This document shows, piece after piece, positions 23,889 through 36,414 of a DNA stretch of 64,000 bases (positions are counted from its first letter, which is position 1; each line of letters begins with the position of its first letter). The translations under genes were made by a program, and so were the position numbers. Source of the DNA: Guillardia theta CCMP2712 (lineage: Eukaryota; Protista; Cryptophyta); NCBI RefSeq assembly GCF_000315625.1, contig NW_005434672.1:364006-428005 (forward strand). Direction: 5' to 3'. The notes beneath the pieces are model-generated. The model searched no databases. It saw only the letters and a list, made by a program, of their open reading frames with translations, and was not told where the DNA came from.

Positions 23889-24281
23889 TTGAAATTCCAA
23901 TTATTCAAGAAAAAACAGAACAAGATGAAGGCAAGCGTAATGCAAAACTTTGATGAATTTAGCCCAATGAAGATGTCTGAGAAGGACAAGCTCTTCGATA
24001 TTGCTCAATACATCACTAGGGTTGCTACAGGCTACGATGATTTTGAGAGCGAAGAAGAGTGGGATGCGTTGGAACAAACGAGCAACGAGAGGCAACCAAA
24101 AAACGAAGCTGATGTTGAAGACTTTGGAGAAAATGATCAAAATGAAATCATGATTCCCAGGAGCAAGAAGTTACAATCATCCATGATACTGGAAGGCGAT
24201 TTCGATTTCGTAGAGGTTGAATCACGATGCTGTTGTCGCCGCGTGTACAATAGGTACATTGGCGAGCATTCAAGCAAGTAA
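23889..24281 (+). CDS. AT-rich intronless ORF of unknown function, possibly degenerate
   Basis: 130-aa acidic ORF overlapping the end of an upstream ORF (23680-23892) in another frame. No motif recognised. Confidence 0.25.
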   Translation: MKFQLFKKKQNKMKASVMQNFDEFSPMKMSEKDKLFDIAQYITRVATGYDDFESEEEWDALEQTSNERQPKNEADVEDFGENDQNEIMIPRSKKLQSSMILEGDFDFVEVESRCCCRRVYNRYIGEHSSK

Positions 24282-25043
24282 CGTACATGATTGAATAGAT
24301 TTTCTTCTCTCTCTTCTTTTATTTGATACAAAACCATGAAAACATTCATATTCGCCTCATCCTTTGGTCACGGTTCAAGGTTTGTCACTAGTAGAGCCTT
24401 TCCGTCAGTGTCACATCCTGGACTCATACCGGACGCCCCTTGGACGTAGCCTAGCTGAGCACCGGGTAGCCTATTGGAGAGCCTCCAACGATGCCAGACA
24501 GCTGCCAGACAGATGATGGAGCTGATCTGCGAGTCTGCATGATTGGGCAGTGTGGAGTTCAAGCCTGTACTACCCGGCGTACTAACTTAGTACGCCGTAA
24601 GCCGCCCGGCCGCTCAGCCTGGTGTCACCGGTCCACCCCCGGCCGCCGCCGGGCGCGGCGGCGTTGAACTTCGGAAGCAATCCGATTGGCCAATCGCAAT
24701 TTGCCAGTAGTACATGCAGATCAGTGTTACTAAGCAAGTTAGACAAACAGTGCCAGAGACTCACTGGCCAGATCCGATCGGATTCGATCTGAGCCTCCGT
24801 GAGTTTGGACCATCGGCGCCGAGTCTGCTCTGTGTCGGCAATCCTGCGGTCGGAAACATGTACAGGACCGGGGAAGGCAGTGACTGGCGCGGCGCAGCGG
24901 CAACTCAAGCCTTTCCGCATACGGTCGGATGGCCCTAGTAAAAAAAAATGAACAGAACTTCAACCGGAACTTGGAAAACCGTTCCCCGGCAGGGCAGACA
25001 ACTTGGCAACAACCATGAGACAAAAAGCTATTGTACAGTCGGG

Positions 25044-25114
25044 TACACCGACCGGGAATCGAACCCGGGTCTCGCCCGTGGCAGGGGCGTATTCTACCAC
25101 TAGACCATCGGTGT
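25044..25114 (-). tRNA. tRNA-Gly(GCC)
   Basis: ACACCGATGGTCTAGTGGTAGAATACGCCCCTGCCACGGGCGAGACCCGGGTTCGATTCCCGGTCGGTGTA folds as a full cloverleaf with A and B boxes. A T5 Pol III terminator lies at 25022-25026. Confidence 0.95.
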
Positions 25115-25290
25115 GGGGGCTGTGATGCCCTCAGGTTTCGATGCGAAAAGTGCAAGTTTGAGGATATATGAATGACAGAAGAACACAAAGTATGATGGCG
25201 CCATAGTCGTGGGAGTCAGCCAGGAAAGGAGATGGAGAGAAGGGAGAAGGGAAGAGGGAGAAGGGAGAAGGGAGAAGGGAGAAGGGAGAT

Positions 25291-25395
25291 GGCAGGGCAG
25301 GGCAGGGCAGGGCAGGGCAGGGCAGGGCAGGGCAGGGCAGGGCAGGGCAGGGCAGGGCAGGGCAGGGCAGGGCAGGGCAGGGCAGGGCAGGGCAG
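25291..25395 (+). repeat. (GGCAG)21 pentanucleotide microsatellite
   Basis: Perfect tandem array, preceded by GGGAGAA repeats. Confidence 0.95.
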
Positions 25396-25757
25396 GGAGG
25401 GAGAATGTTGTTCTTATATACTCTAAGAATTTCGGATCATGGTGAATGGCAGATTCAAGGGTGTGGGTTGGAGGTACTGCACCCAGCTCTACATGAAGGA
25501 AACGATGAGAAGAGATCGCAAGAGCAGCTGAGCTAGACAGTCATGTGCGAGATAATAGCAGTCTCATACGTTGCTCGTGCTGAGCGACGGCCAAAGAGCA
25601 CAGCAAGCAGGGCGGAAGATGCGAGATGCGATGAGGTCCCTGTAAAGAATAATAGCTTTCGTTCGAAACTTCCTAGAAAGAAAAGCAGTCTTCTCCAGGA
25701 AATGACAGCATGCCCTCGCCCCCTTTTAAGCCTTTCGTTCTTTTCGTGAACACGACA

Positions 25758-28700
25758 TCAGGTTCTGAATTGCTTGCCTTCAATCTCTGCAACAAAATCT
25801 TTGTCAGACGTGAAATCGGGAAGGATGCAGAGGTACAGGAAGGAGAGGAGGAAGCGAGCGAAGGAGACAGGAGGAAGGAGGAAGGAGGAAGGAGGAAGGA
25901 GGAGGCAGACCTGCTAGAGACATCATCCCTGTGCTTGGAGGGATTGAAGGCATCGGCTGGACTTCTCCGTTACCCGCCAGGCCCCCGAAAAACTTTGAAA
26001 AGTTGAAGTTGTTGTCTCCGTGCGGCCCTCCCTGTCCCCACAGCCCCCCGTGCCCGCTCGGCTCCTGGAAGCGCGTGAAGGCCTCTGGCTTCAGTAGATG
26101 CTCATCCCCGATCGCCAGTCCCGACAGATTCGGCTCTTCGTCCCTCAGATCTGCTGTACCCCCCGCCATGCCGAACAGCCGGAGGACGTTCTGACTGCTC
26201 CCATGCTGATCTAGCCGCTCCCCGCCGTACTGCCTCGAGTTCATCTCCCCTGGCAGCATGTTGGAGGGCATGTAGCCCCGGTCATACCCCGCCTGTGCCC
26301 CTCCTAGGTTGCCAGCTCCCCCCGATGAGAAGCCAGACGAGTACCCGTAACCGGCCGGCTGCTGATCCCAAGGTCCACGCTGATTGGAGCCTCCTTGCAT
26401 GCCAGTTGGCTGATGAGCAGATGGAACGATGAAGCTCGAAGGCGCCGACAGGAAGGAGTCCTGCAAGTTGCATCAGCACCACATCAACTCTACAAGGAGG
26501 TCGTTACCCCATTTGCGCGCGATGACCGCGCATCAGACTGCGCAAAGGTCTGAAAGCCACTGTGTTCCACCTGCCCAAGGCCATACCCCATCCTTTGTGA
26601 AGACGAGAACGGGTCGGAGTTGAAAGTGCTGGTGGAATTTCCAAGCATCGAGCCTTGATGAAAGTCAAATCCGTTCATCCCCGTGTTGGAGGGATAGGAT
26701 CCGAAACTTCCTGGCGCGGCATTTGCTGCAGATGATCTTGTCTCCATCTGCTGGTTGTAGTTGTCCTGGAACGAGAAGGATGGCCTCTGCGGAGCCACAT
26801 TAGAGAACCAGTCAACATTCTGGTTCTGATTGCTGAGCCAGCTGATTGTATCCGATGAAGCTGAGCCAGTTGAAGGCATACTATACATATCCTGCACCAC
26901 ACAAACTTCAGTGCCGCTCTACCTGGAGGCGTGCCTCACCTGGCGAGTTCCCGAGAAGGGGGTATGCAGCTCACTAGCACCCAAGCCCATGTCTTGTCGG
27001 CTACCAAAGAAGCCTGAAGAAGAATGCTGCGACAATCCATAATCGTTTTCTGTCGGTTTTCCGAGGTTCTGGAAACTTGTTTGGAGCTGAGAGACTGGGG
27101 TATGGCCATCTCCATGCCATGCAGAATTTGCTGGCATCCCATCAGGCCTTTCTGCAGATATCTGTGCCACTGCCGGATCCAGAGTTATGTCCATCCTCAT
27201 ACCAGGTTTTCCCCACACTGGCAGCTTACGGTCCAGATTCTGGACTGGAATCTCTGCAGTCTCCTGTCCGATTCCCAGCAGCATCTTCAATGCAATCGAT
27301 GGCGATTGCGAATCGCCTTCATCCTCCGACAGAGCACTTGACCCACTTGGGTTTTCGGGCCTACCCGAATTTCTCTCTTTGTCCCCCGGCCCGTCCAAAT
27401 CACAGGTGAGCTCGAAAGGCATCAGGTCGTCACATCCACTGACTTGTCCGAAACCAGTGGCGAAGTCAAGAGCAGCCTGCTGCTGCTTGAAATCCTCCCC
27501 ATTCACACCCAAGATTGACTCCTCATTTGGTCGACCCGTTTCTACTCCGAGAATCTTGAGGGGTTTCTTCCAGGCCGACTCCCGCACAGGCTCTGGTTGC
27601 GGAATGGAATCTTCCCAGGACTGCGGTACACCATCATCTCCACCTCCTTGATCTACACCGTTAGAGCCATAGCAGAAGACTTCCTCAGTATCTTCCGAGG
27701 TGTCCAGAACACCCGGACCATCTGTGTTCAAGATCGACCCGTTAGGGTTGTGACCTGCAGCAACTTTGCTCCATGACACTCCTGAAAACAAGTCAGATGC
27801 AAAGACCAAAGATGATAACAATTTCAACCAGGCTGATCTCGAGGAACAGCCGCATCCCTTCCTTGGACCACCGCGTTCGTATTCACACCCCAGGCATTCG
27901 GTGGTGGTTGTGCAACGTTGGAGTTTGCCAAAGGTTTGTTTGTTGCCCACGCATTTTTCTCTGGAACAGGTGCTGGTTTCATTACCATGTCATTCTTCGT
28001 CATAGAAGATTCTCTCGAAAGACTTCCTGGCAAAAGCGAGTCCTGCGCATGTGCTGCGGCTGCCAACTGCCGTTGCCTGCGCGCAGCCAGCTCTGCGGCC
28101 TCTTCCAGATGTCTTTGTCTTCTAGCCATTTCTTCTGCTTCAAAAGTCTTTTGTAGCACAAGATTCTTGGACGAGGGTAAGATGGACTGGGCAAGAGCAG
28201 CTGCCTCGAGCTGCCTTTGCTTTCTCTGAGCTTCTTCCATAGCTTCTTCACGCTTTCTTTGAGCAGCGGACTTCTCCTTTGCCTGCTTTTCGGCATAAGG
28301 ATCATAATCTGAACTGCTGATGATTTGAGGATCCGATGCCACTTGCTGATTAGAAACGAGATTGGTATTCGATGAAATCGGTGCTGAGTATGTCTGAGCT
28401 TTAGCTGCCGCCTCTAACTGTCTTTGCTTGCGCTTTGCATCCTCTGCAGCCTGCATAAGAAGCTGTTTGTGCATACTTGAAGGATCTGGCTTCACGTTGT
28501 CAAACTGCCCCTTGTCTCCGGACTGGGGGTCTAGGATCCTATCTTTCATCCTGCTGTCTTGATCCGATTCAAGAGTGGGAGCAGCTTGGTTGCGAGCAGC
28601 CATCTCAAGTTGCTTCTTCTTCCTCGCAGCTTCTTCCATTGCTGCCTCAATCAGCTTTCTTTGGCTTGAACTGTTGGAAACCGGTAAAGTAGGAATGATC

Positions 28701-29159
28701 GCTTGGGAATTCTGCACACGCGCAGCAGCATCCAGCTGTTTCTGCTTTCGTATCGCATCCTCGGCTGCCTTGGCACGGGCGGCAGCGATAGCTGACTCCC
28801 TCGAAGTATCCTAGGAAAGAGCAGCGTCAACGACCTCTCCCTGTAACAAAGCTTTGGATCACCACCGCAGGTGTCTCCTGTGCAGCTGCAACAGGGGTGC
28901 TAGGTGTTGGAACCGGGGGTCCAGCGCTCAGTGCCGCTAAGCCTGCACTCTTGGGAATGGGACCCGAGCCCCTTCCCGCACCTCTGAAGCCCTTGGAATC
29001 TGGTAAGGAACTCTTATCAGATGCATCATGGTCCGGCATGTCAACAACTGCTGTCAAACCACACCACAGCGGGGACTCACCGTCAGGTCCTCGGGCGATC
29101 CTCTGCTCGAAGCCGCCACTGTTGTTGCGTTTCAAGGCCGGGGGGGGGAGGTTGGCCAT
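25758..29159 (-). CDS. Large disordered protein with SUZ-C-like motif and repeated charged helices
   Basis: Splicing gives RIARGPD-DSKGFRGAGRG. There are 5-6 copies of A(A/M)E(E/D)AxRKQ(R/K)QL(E/D)AAA, a G/S/N/Q-rich tail, and a last exon MMSLA-DFVAEIEGKQFRT*. Confidence 0.7.
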
Positions 29160-30468
29160 CTCGAACGATCGGGCTTGAAAGATTAGGCTGGGTTGAGTCC
29201 TCGTCCTCCTGCGAAGAGCTGCTGCGTTCGATCCCTCAATGCGGGTTGAAAGGGAGAATCAAAGAGTAGCGGCTAGGTTCAACTTGAAAGGAATGCAGAT
29301 GGACTGTAATCAAGGGTTGATGAAAGGAAGGTTGGCAGAAATCAGCAGAAAACAAGAGCCTGTCTTCGACCGCTAGACGGGGATTGATCAAATGACTGTA
29401 AGAAAACAAGTCCTCCCAAGCAGGACAAAGAGGATTTCAAAACACTGAGCTGATGTAGAATACTGGCTAGGCAGAAGAGATTTGCAAGCTTGATAGTAAC
29501 GCGACTAGGAGGCTTCAAGGCGATGGGAATGGACGGACCAAACTGGAGGGGTAGAGCAAAGGAAGCAGAGTCAATCGATGGCGAAAGGAGGAGCTAAAGG
29601 AAGGGGTGGAGGAAGGAAAGGGAGATTGGCACGGGGGCTGTGTCTGATGGGAGTGGAAGGTGGAAGAAGAGCAGGCGGGAAGGGTCAGCACAACTTGCAG
29701 GACGAGGATCGCATGAGAGCGGCAGGGAAGCAAAGGAGGAGGAGGACGGACTGGGGGTAGGGGTCTGGAAACAACGGGGTGGGGGTACTTCATAGTCCAC
29801 CCACAGAGATCAAAAGGGGGGTACCTATAGGGGAAAATAGGGGATAAGGCATGTCCATTATATGGGGTGGGTAGGTAGTAGGAGATGAGAGGGTGAAGGT
29901 GGTATTTCCTAAGAAAGTTCCTATGTGGGAGGGCATAGGCGACCCTAAAGCCCTACAGCACGATGTGCTGGTAAAAGATGGGGTAGGTGATAGTACCTAC
30001 CCTTGATTCTCAACTCCATAAGGTCAAAGAGGTGCAACTGACCTGGGGGTAGGGGTAGAGAGAACCCCCCATGAAGCTGATCATGCGCAGGGTAGTGGTA
30101 TTTGTAGGGGGTAGGTACTTTTGAGAGATGGACAACCAGGGGTGTGTAAATTCATTATCTTAAGGTGGGGTGGTCAAACTTCGATTTTTGAAAACGAACC
30201 AAGGGTGGGGTGGAGCGAGTTTGGATTTATGTGGAAAAAGTGGGGTAGTGGTGGTTTTGTCAGGGTGATTTCAAATCGATGTAAAGGAAAAAGGGGAGTT
30301 TGGGGGTGGGGGTGGGGATGGGGATGGAGGGGTTACAACACTTCAGGGTGGGTTTGGTGGGCCTAACGGGGTGGTGGATGAGCTATCTCTCCGTGGGGTG
30401 GGGTGAACAGCCCATGTCCTACGGGGTGGGGTGATAGTTCCGAGGGGAGCTTGGTGCGCTGCGCCTTC

Positions 30469-32514
30469 ATGGGACTGCTCCGCCTCCTCGGAGCCGCCGC
30501 TGCTGCCGTCGCCGCCGCGTTGATAGCGCTCAACGGCCGAAGGATAGCCAAGGAAGTGACGAGAAAGAGAGTCAAGGCGAACAGGATGAGTGGCAAGGTG
30601 AGGAAGAGGAGCGAGGAAGCAGGCTGGGGCCCTTGCAAGGGGGTTTGTCGGGGGATCGAAATGCGGGCAAGCAGCGGAGTGAGATGTAGGCAGCGCCAAG
30701 GGCATGGTATTTGAGGTTCGTACTAGTCATTTTGCTGGTGTGAAGGTTAGAAGAAGTTTTTTCGACGAGTTGAGAGAAGCTCGTGCATGTCCTCAGTACC
30801 TGATCTGCGAATGGCGTTGTGGAGTAGGTTGCTGTTGTCACAGGAGGAACAAGCGGCGTTGGAAGATTAGCGTGCGAGAAGCTTGTGTCCAAGGGCTATC
30901 GCGTGATATTGGCAGCGAGGGACCTTGCTGCAGGCGAGAGAGTCGTCAGGGAGCTCAAGGTCCTGCTCCTCGTGTAGTGGGCAGCGTCAAGAGTATGACG
31001 ACTACTTGAGCAGAAGCTTGCGCCCTCCAGCGATCAGCAGGATACTGTCGAGGTGCTTGAATGTGACCTCGGTAGCCTGGCATCTGTTGCTCGCTTCGCC
31101 GAGGCTTTCAAGGTTGGAGGCTGGTGCGGAAAGAGCACTCGCTTCCTAACGTTCCCTGCCACAGAGGAAGTCCCTTCCCCTGCACCTGCTCGTCCTCAAT
31201 GCAGGCATGTGCCCGACAACGCGTCAGACCCAACCGACGATGACGGTGGATGGCTTCGAGGCAAAGGCGTCAATCGCTGCTGCGCCGGTCCTCACGTCGT
31301 CTGCTTGTCGCAGGTAGCGTTCCAGACCAACCACCTGAGCCACTTCCTGCTCACCAAGTTGTTGATGTCCAACCTAGAGGTTGAGGAGGCTACTTGCTGG
31401 CACGGGTGACAGGATGCCTGCAGTCGTCTGCTCCCTCACGCGTCGTCGTCGTCTCATCCTCATTGCACCAGGGGAGGGGCAAGGGTACACTGCAAGTAAG
31501 CTCGACCTGTTGGGCCCGGCTGTCCTTACTTGCGCATGATTGCTGCATTCCTTTCCCTGCAGCCCGATCTCAAGACTTCATCCCTGGATGAGCTACGCAA
31601 GAGCTGGAGCGATAACCCCAACGGAATGGTTCTCTACAAGGTGGTTTGCTAAAGGATCGAAAGTGGGGAGGTACTAAGAAAGACCTCCAGAGCTCGAAAC
31701 TTGCAAACATTCTCTTTGCATTTGAGCTCAATCGAAGGCAAGCTCGATTTGGCATGGATAAGGTTTTGGATGATTGGTCTCATCTCCGCCAGGCTCAAGG
31801 ACAGGAGAGTGACGTGCAACGCTCTCAGCCCTGGCTTCATTCCGAACACTGGACTCAGCAGAAATCAAGGACTTTTTGGAATTTTCTTCATGTGTGTGCT
31901 TGTGTCTTGCTTCATATCTTACCACTCAAACCATCACAGGAAGTATGTGATGGCAATTCTCCCCTTCAAGGTAAGTTTCTTAATGCACCAACTTTCTTTG
32001 TTTACCTGTGCTCCTTCCTTTTTGTTCAAGTTCCATCTAGTTTGTTTTCCCCCACCTCAACATCCTTGGCATCTCTGTATTGCTCTGCCCTTGCCCTTGC
32101 CCTTCTCTCGCTCTCGCTCTTGCCATGACTCATCCCATCTGCTACTGCTCTCCTTGAGCGTATGATTCTCAGCTCTCCCCAGTTCACTCACTGCTTATCC
32201 CTCCAGTTCATAGCCACATTGGAGCAGGGCGCTACCTGCATCGAGTACGTGGCAACTGCTGAGGAGGTGCCGCATGCTGCCCCCATCCTCGTCCATCCTT
32301 GACTCTCGTGCCAGCTGGAAGGAATAGGAGGCAATTACTACGCAGGTTCGCTAATTTGCCTGCACCTGCTCCATCCCTCACCTGTCGTGTCAGCGTGCAA
32401 GGAAGCGCCAACGAGCGAACTGGCGAAGTCAGAAGAGCTGCAGTCGAGTCTGTGGCGTCTGAGCGAGTCCATGGTGAAATTCCTTCCTCTCCTCTCCTTC
32501 TCATGCAGGCTTGA
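30469..32514 (+). CDS. Short-chain dehydrogenase/reductase (retinol dehydrogenase/WWOX/POR-like group)
   Basis: N-terminal TM anchor, VAVVTGGTSGVG, CDLGSL, LVLNAG, DGFE-VAFQTNHLSHFLLT, SRVVVVSSSLH, catalytic YKSSK, LSPGFI, LWRLSE. Confidence 0.92.
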
Positions 32515-32816
32515 CCTTGCACGCTCAGATTGCGCCTTACGTAAGATGAGATGCGTTTCACGGCGAGATAGGGAGTGTCTCGATCAAGGGATGGGGACTG
32601 TTCTTTATTTGTGATGGCAAAAACCCTTGTATAAACAATACTTCAAGGAGCTAGAGGGAGGAAAGGTTCAACGATGAAAAGCTCAACAACATGATTAAAA
32701 AACAAAACGAATCGCCATGAGCATCACGAAAATGGGGGGGAGGGAAACTCGAGTGTGCCAGGAAAGAGCAGAGTCGGAAGGCCGACAGAAAATCTGCAGA
32801 GCTACTGGTGAAGCAC

Positions 32817-33659
32817 TTAGATCTCGACCTGGAGTGAACCTCCTTTCCCATCGCCGGGCGTGCAGCTGGTCGTTGGAGCCTCCTCCTTCTCCACCCCTGA
32901 GGATTCCTGAGCAGGAGGCGGTCTCTCTGTGATGTCTCGGTCCAACTTGATGAGGAAGTCGAAGAAGTCGACCTGGTTGTCCACACCCTGGGCCTCCTGG
33001 TCCTTCTCACTCGCGCCTCCCTGATTCTCCATGACAGTGTTGAGGGACATCTCCTCCATCAACCTGTTCTGCTCCCTCTTCCTCCTCCAGTAGTCTCTCT
33101 GCTCCTTGAGATCATCCAGGATGTCATGCACATCCCACACGTCTGCCAGCCGCCTCCCCATCTGCTTGCCTGCATCCAAAGCCATGGAGATGGGGCGGGA
33201 GATCGGGCTCCAGGGGTTGCTGCTGGGAGGTACTGGAGGAGGGTCCAGCTCCTCGTCAACAGCGTGCTCTTCCCTCTGTGGAACTCCGGCAAGATGAACT
33301 TCGGGGGAGGGATCAGTCTCACCACCATGCGCGCTGTCATGTCCTGATTCTGCACTGGCGGGAGAATCGCCCGGCATGGCATCCTGCTTGACCCCATCCC
33401 CTGGCTCCAGGTCGACGGCGTGCGCTTTCTGAGCAACGTTCATCTCCTTGTTCTGATGCAATTTGTTCACAAGGTCATGGACGCTGTGATCCCAGAACTT
33501 CATCGCGTTGTCGAGGTGGTGCCGTAGAGTCTTTCTCAACCCCAGCCCCGAGTGAAACCCCTCTGGTTCCATCCCTTCCTTGCTTTCTGCCGGTTTGTCA
33601 TCGTGCTCAGCAACAGTACCATCGTCTGGTTGATAACCATCTAGGTTGTCATTTGACAT
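32817..33659 (-). CDS. Intronless acidic hypothetical protein (280 aa)
   Basis: Long ATG-initiated ORF with coding-like composition; no known motif. Confidence 0.6.
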   Translation of the reverse strand: MSNDNLDGYQPDDGTVAEHDDKPAESKEGMEPEGFHSGLGLRKTLRHHLDNAMKFWDHSVHDLVNKLHQNKEMNVAQKAHAVDLEPGDGVKQDAMPGDSPASAESGHDSAHGGETDPSPEVHLAGVPQREEHAVDEELDPPPVPPSSNPWSPISRPISMALDAGKQMGRRLADVWDVHDILDDLKEQRDYWRRKREQNRLMEEMSLNTVMENQGGASEKDQEAQGVDNQVDFFDFLIKLDRDITERPPPAQESSGVEKEEAPTTSCTPGDGKGGSLQVEI

Positions 33660-36219
33660 TCTTGATCAGAGATGCACGTGTTTCGAATCAATCCTAGGTA
33701 GCTCCTGCAGTCCCGAACAGGCCGGCTATTGCATGAAGGCTCGCCTGAGAACAGGACACAGGAAAATGCAACGCACTTGGCGCCAATCAAGGATCTTGTT
33801 GACTCTCCTGATGTTTCGAGTGTGCAGGGGAGGGAGGGAAGGGCGCAAAAGCTGCGATGCCAAGGACAGAAATGAAGAATATGTGAGTCCCCAGGCCCCA
33901 GGCAAGGAAGAGGTGAACAAGCGGAGGAGAAAGGAAATCGGGAAAGGGATACTAGAAAGAGAGGGACTGCGAGAAATGAAGAACGTGCGAGAAATAGGAT
34001 GGGGAGGAGGAAGAGGAGGAGGAGGAGGAGGAGGAAGGGGAGGAGGAGGAGGAGGAGACGTGCTTGTTCACCGGAACATGCACAGGGGGAATGCAAACCG
34101 AGCAGATGCGATTGAACTATTGAGGGGTTGGGGTGGGGAATAGGGGGGTAGGGGTCAGGGTAGTTGTAGCTCTGAAAGTTAATCACACGGTAGGGTTATA
34201 CTCTACCGGTAATATTACAGTCTAATGGACGGGTAACAGGTAGTTTATGTTCGATCTGGGTGGGTGGGGGCCCTTTTGCTGGAGAAACTGGTGGGTACCA
34301 GTCACAGAAGCTGGCGTGATCTCAGGGGTAGACGGGGGAAATACTCCCCTGTGTCTTAGGGAGGTCATAGCAAGGTACGCAGGACAAACATACCGGAGTC
34401 CCTGAGGCCTACTAAGGGGTGGGGTAGTCTCGGTGTTGTTAGGTGGGGAGATAGGGGTAGGGTGATGGGGGTAGGGTACTTGGGGAGGTACACGGTAGAA
34501 AAGGAATCTGTAGGGGTAGTTGTTATTAGTTTTGAGGTACTACACAGATGAAATAGGGGGTACAGGGGTACTCCAGGGATACAGGGGTACAGTGATCGGG
34601 GATTGTACTTATACTGATTTTAAGTTAACTTTGAGTAAAGTAGAGGTATTGCTCGGGCAATCATCAATTTCAGGGGTAACAAAATTTTTGATTATCATTT
34701 TGCTGCATCAAAATCAAATCACCGTGACTTGGAGTTCTTTAGCGGCTGCCACTGATCGGACCGGAGTGCTTCCGGGCCGAGGCTTCCGACTCCCGTCGGC
34801 CGGAGTCCAAACTTCAAATAACAACTTGGGATCGGCGGCACACTGCTCAGCGGCATCCGACTCATCTGGCATCCGATCGCCCGGCCGGATTCATGACTTG
34901 ATGTGCGGGTGAAAATGATTACGGTGACTGTACCAGTACCCCGCCGGGCCGGGGAGTTCCGCCTGCCAGAGGGCCCGGCCCGGGCAACTCAGCGGCTTCC
35001 GAACTTGCCTTCCACCGAACTGCGGCGGCCTCAGCGGCCGATCCCGATGAGGCTCTTCAAGTTAGCGTAACCGGGAAGATGGGTGAACTTGTGATCCTTG
35101 TCGGTTTTAGAGGTGGGGGTGGTCAGATCCTCAAATTAGGTTGGTAGGGTGATAATTGAACCGGTCATAAGAAGATCATTTTGGAGTCTCATGAACGGGT
35201 ACAAGATCACATGTAGAGGGTGTCAAATTTGAAACCGGGAGGATAGGGGGTGATACCTAAGAGAAAGACGTAACCTGCCTACCCTACCATACGCATATGC
35301 TATCAACCCTACCAGGAATGAGGTGACCAACAAAAGTACCCTACCACAGGCTTTAGACAATCCTTGGGGATCACGTTGGGGTGATCCATCCCGGGAGGTG
35401 GAAATTGAAGGGTGGGGGTGACTACCCCTACCATTCCATGTAGAGAAGTTTCTCGGCCTCCATCTATGTGGAGATGCTGTCGAGCAAGAAATGAGGAGCA
35501 AGGAAGGGAGAGCAAGAGAGGGAGGGACGAAATGGCGCGGCAGAGACGAAGAATGGAAGGCGATGAGGAGATTGTACAGGAGAGCGCAGTGTAGAGTGAA
35601 CAAGCAGATAAGAACGAGGCCAGAGGACAGGGAGGAGAAAAATTGACGACTCGAAAAGTAATGACAAGATATAGAAATGCGGGACTTCAGGAGGGAAGGC
35701 GGGGCGAAACGTTGAGAATGGTGCAGTACAAAGTAGCAGATGGAGGAAGGGAACACAAGAACGTTGCGAGAGAAATGCAGATTCATCATTGGAAGGGTTT
35801 GTCCACTGAAAAGGTAGGCGCCCGTTTTGTTGGAGGTCGGATCGATGGAAGAGGTGCTATAGTGCGGTAGGCTGAGGCAGGAAAAGGAGAGAGATGTCGA
35901 TTACAGTTGGAAGATCCAAATGCAACGTTGTGTATCATTCCAGAAGGCCAAGTGTTGATGTTGTACAGCTAGCTCCAATAATTGTTTCTGCATAGAAGGT
36001 GCGGGTAGGGTGTATGGAAATTTGTTGTCTGCAGCTGTAGATTGATGACGATGTCGTCATGTCAACACTGTAGAGATGGTGGGTGTATCCCGCTAGCGAC
36101 CTGACCCCAGGGAGATCTGAGAGTCATCACTCTGCTCTTTGGGGTTGCGAGGGGCCAGGGGCTGACGTGCAAGTTGCAGTTCGGAACCATGTTACTTGCC
36201 TGAAGAAGGGGAAGGAGGG

Positions 36220-36372
36220 ATGAGCGCTACCAGGATCTGCACGATTGTCAGAGCCATCAACCAAGACAACTTGCTGAGCCTGGAGCAGAACGGTTGGATA
36301 CAGAATGGCGCATGCAGCGGTACAAACAACAAGCGACGCTGCGGGGGCCGCTCCGCGGAAAGGAGTCATCCT

Positions 36373-36414
<42 letters not shown>

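Noticed and set aside
24408-24940. TGTCACA start resembling an LTR
   Set aside because: No second LTR, primer-binding site, polypurine tract or gag/pol sequence visible.
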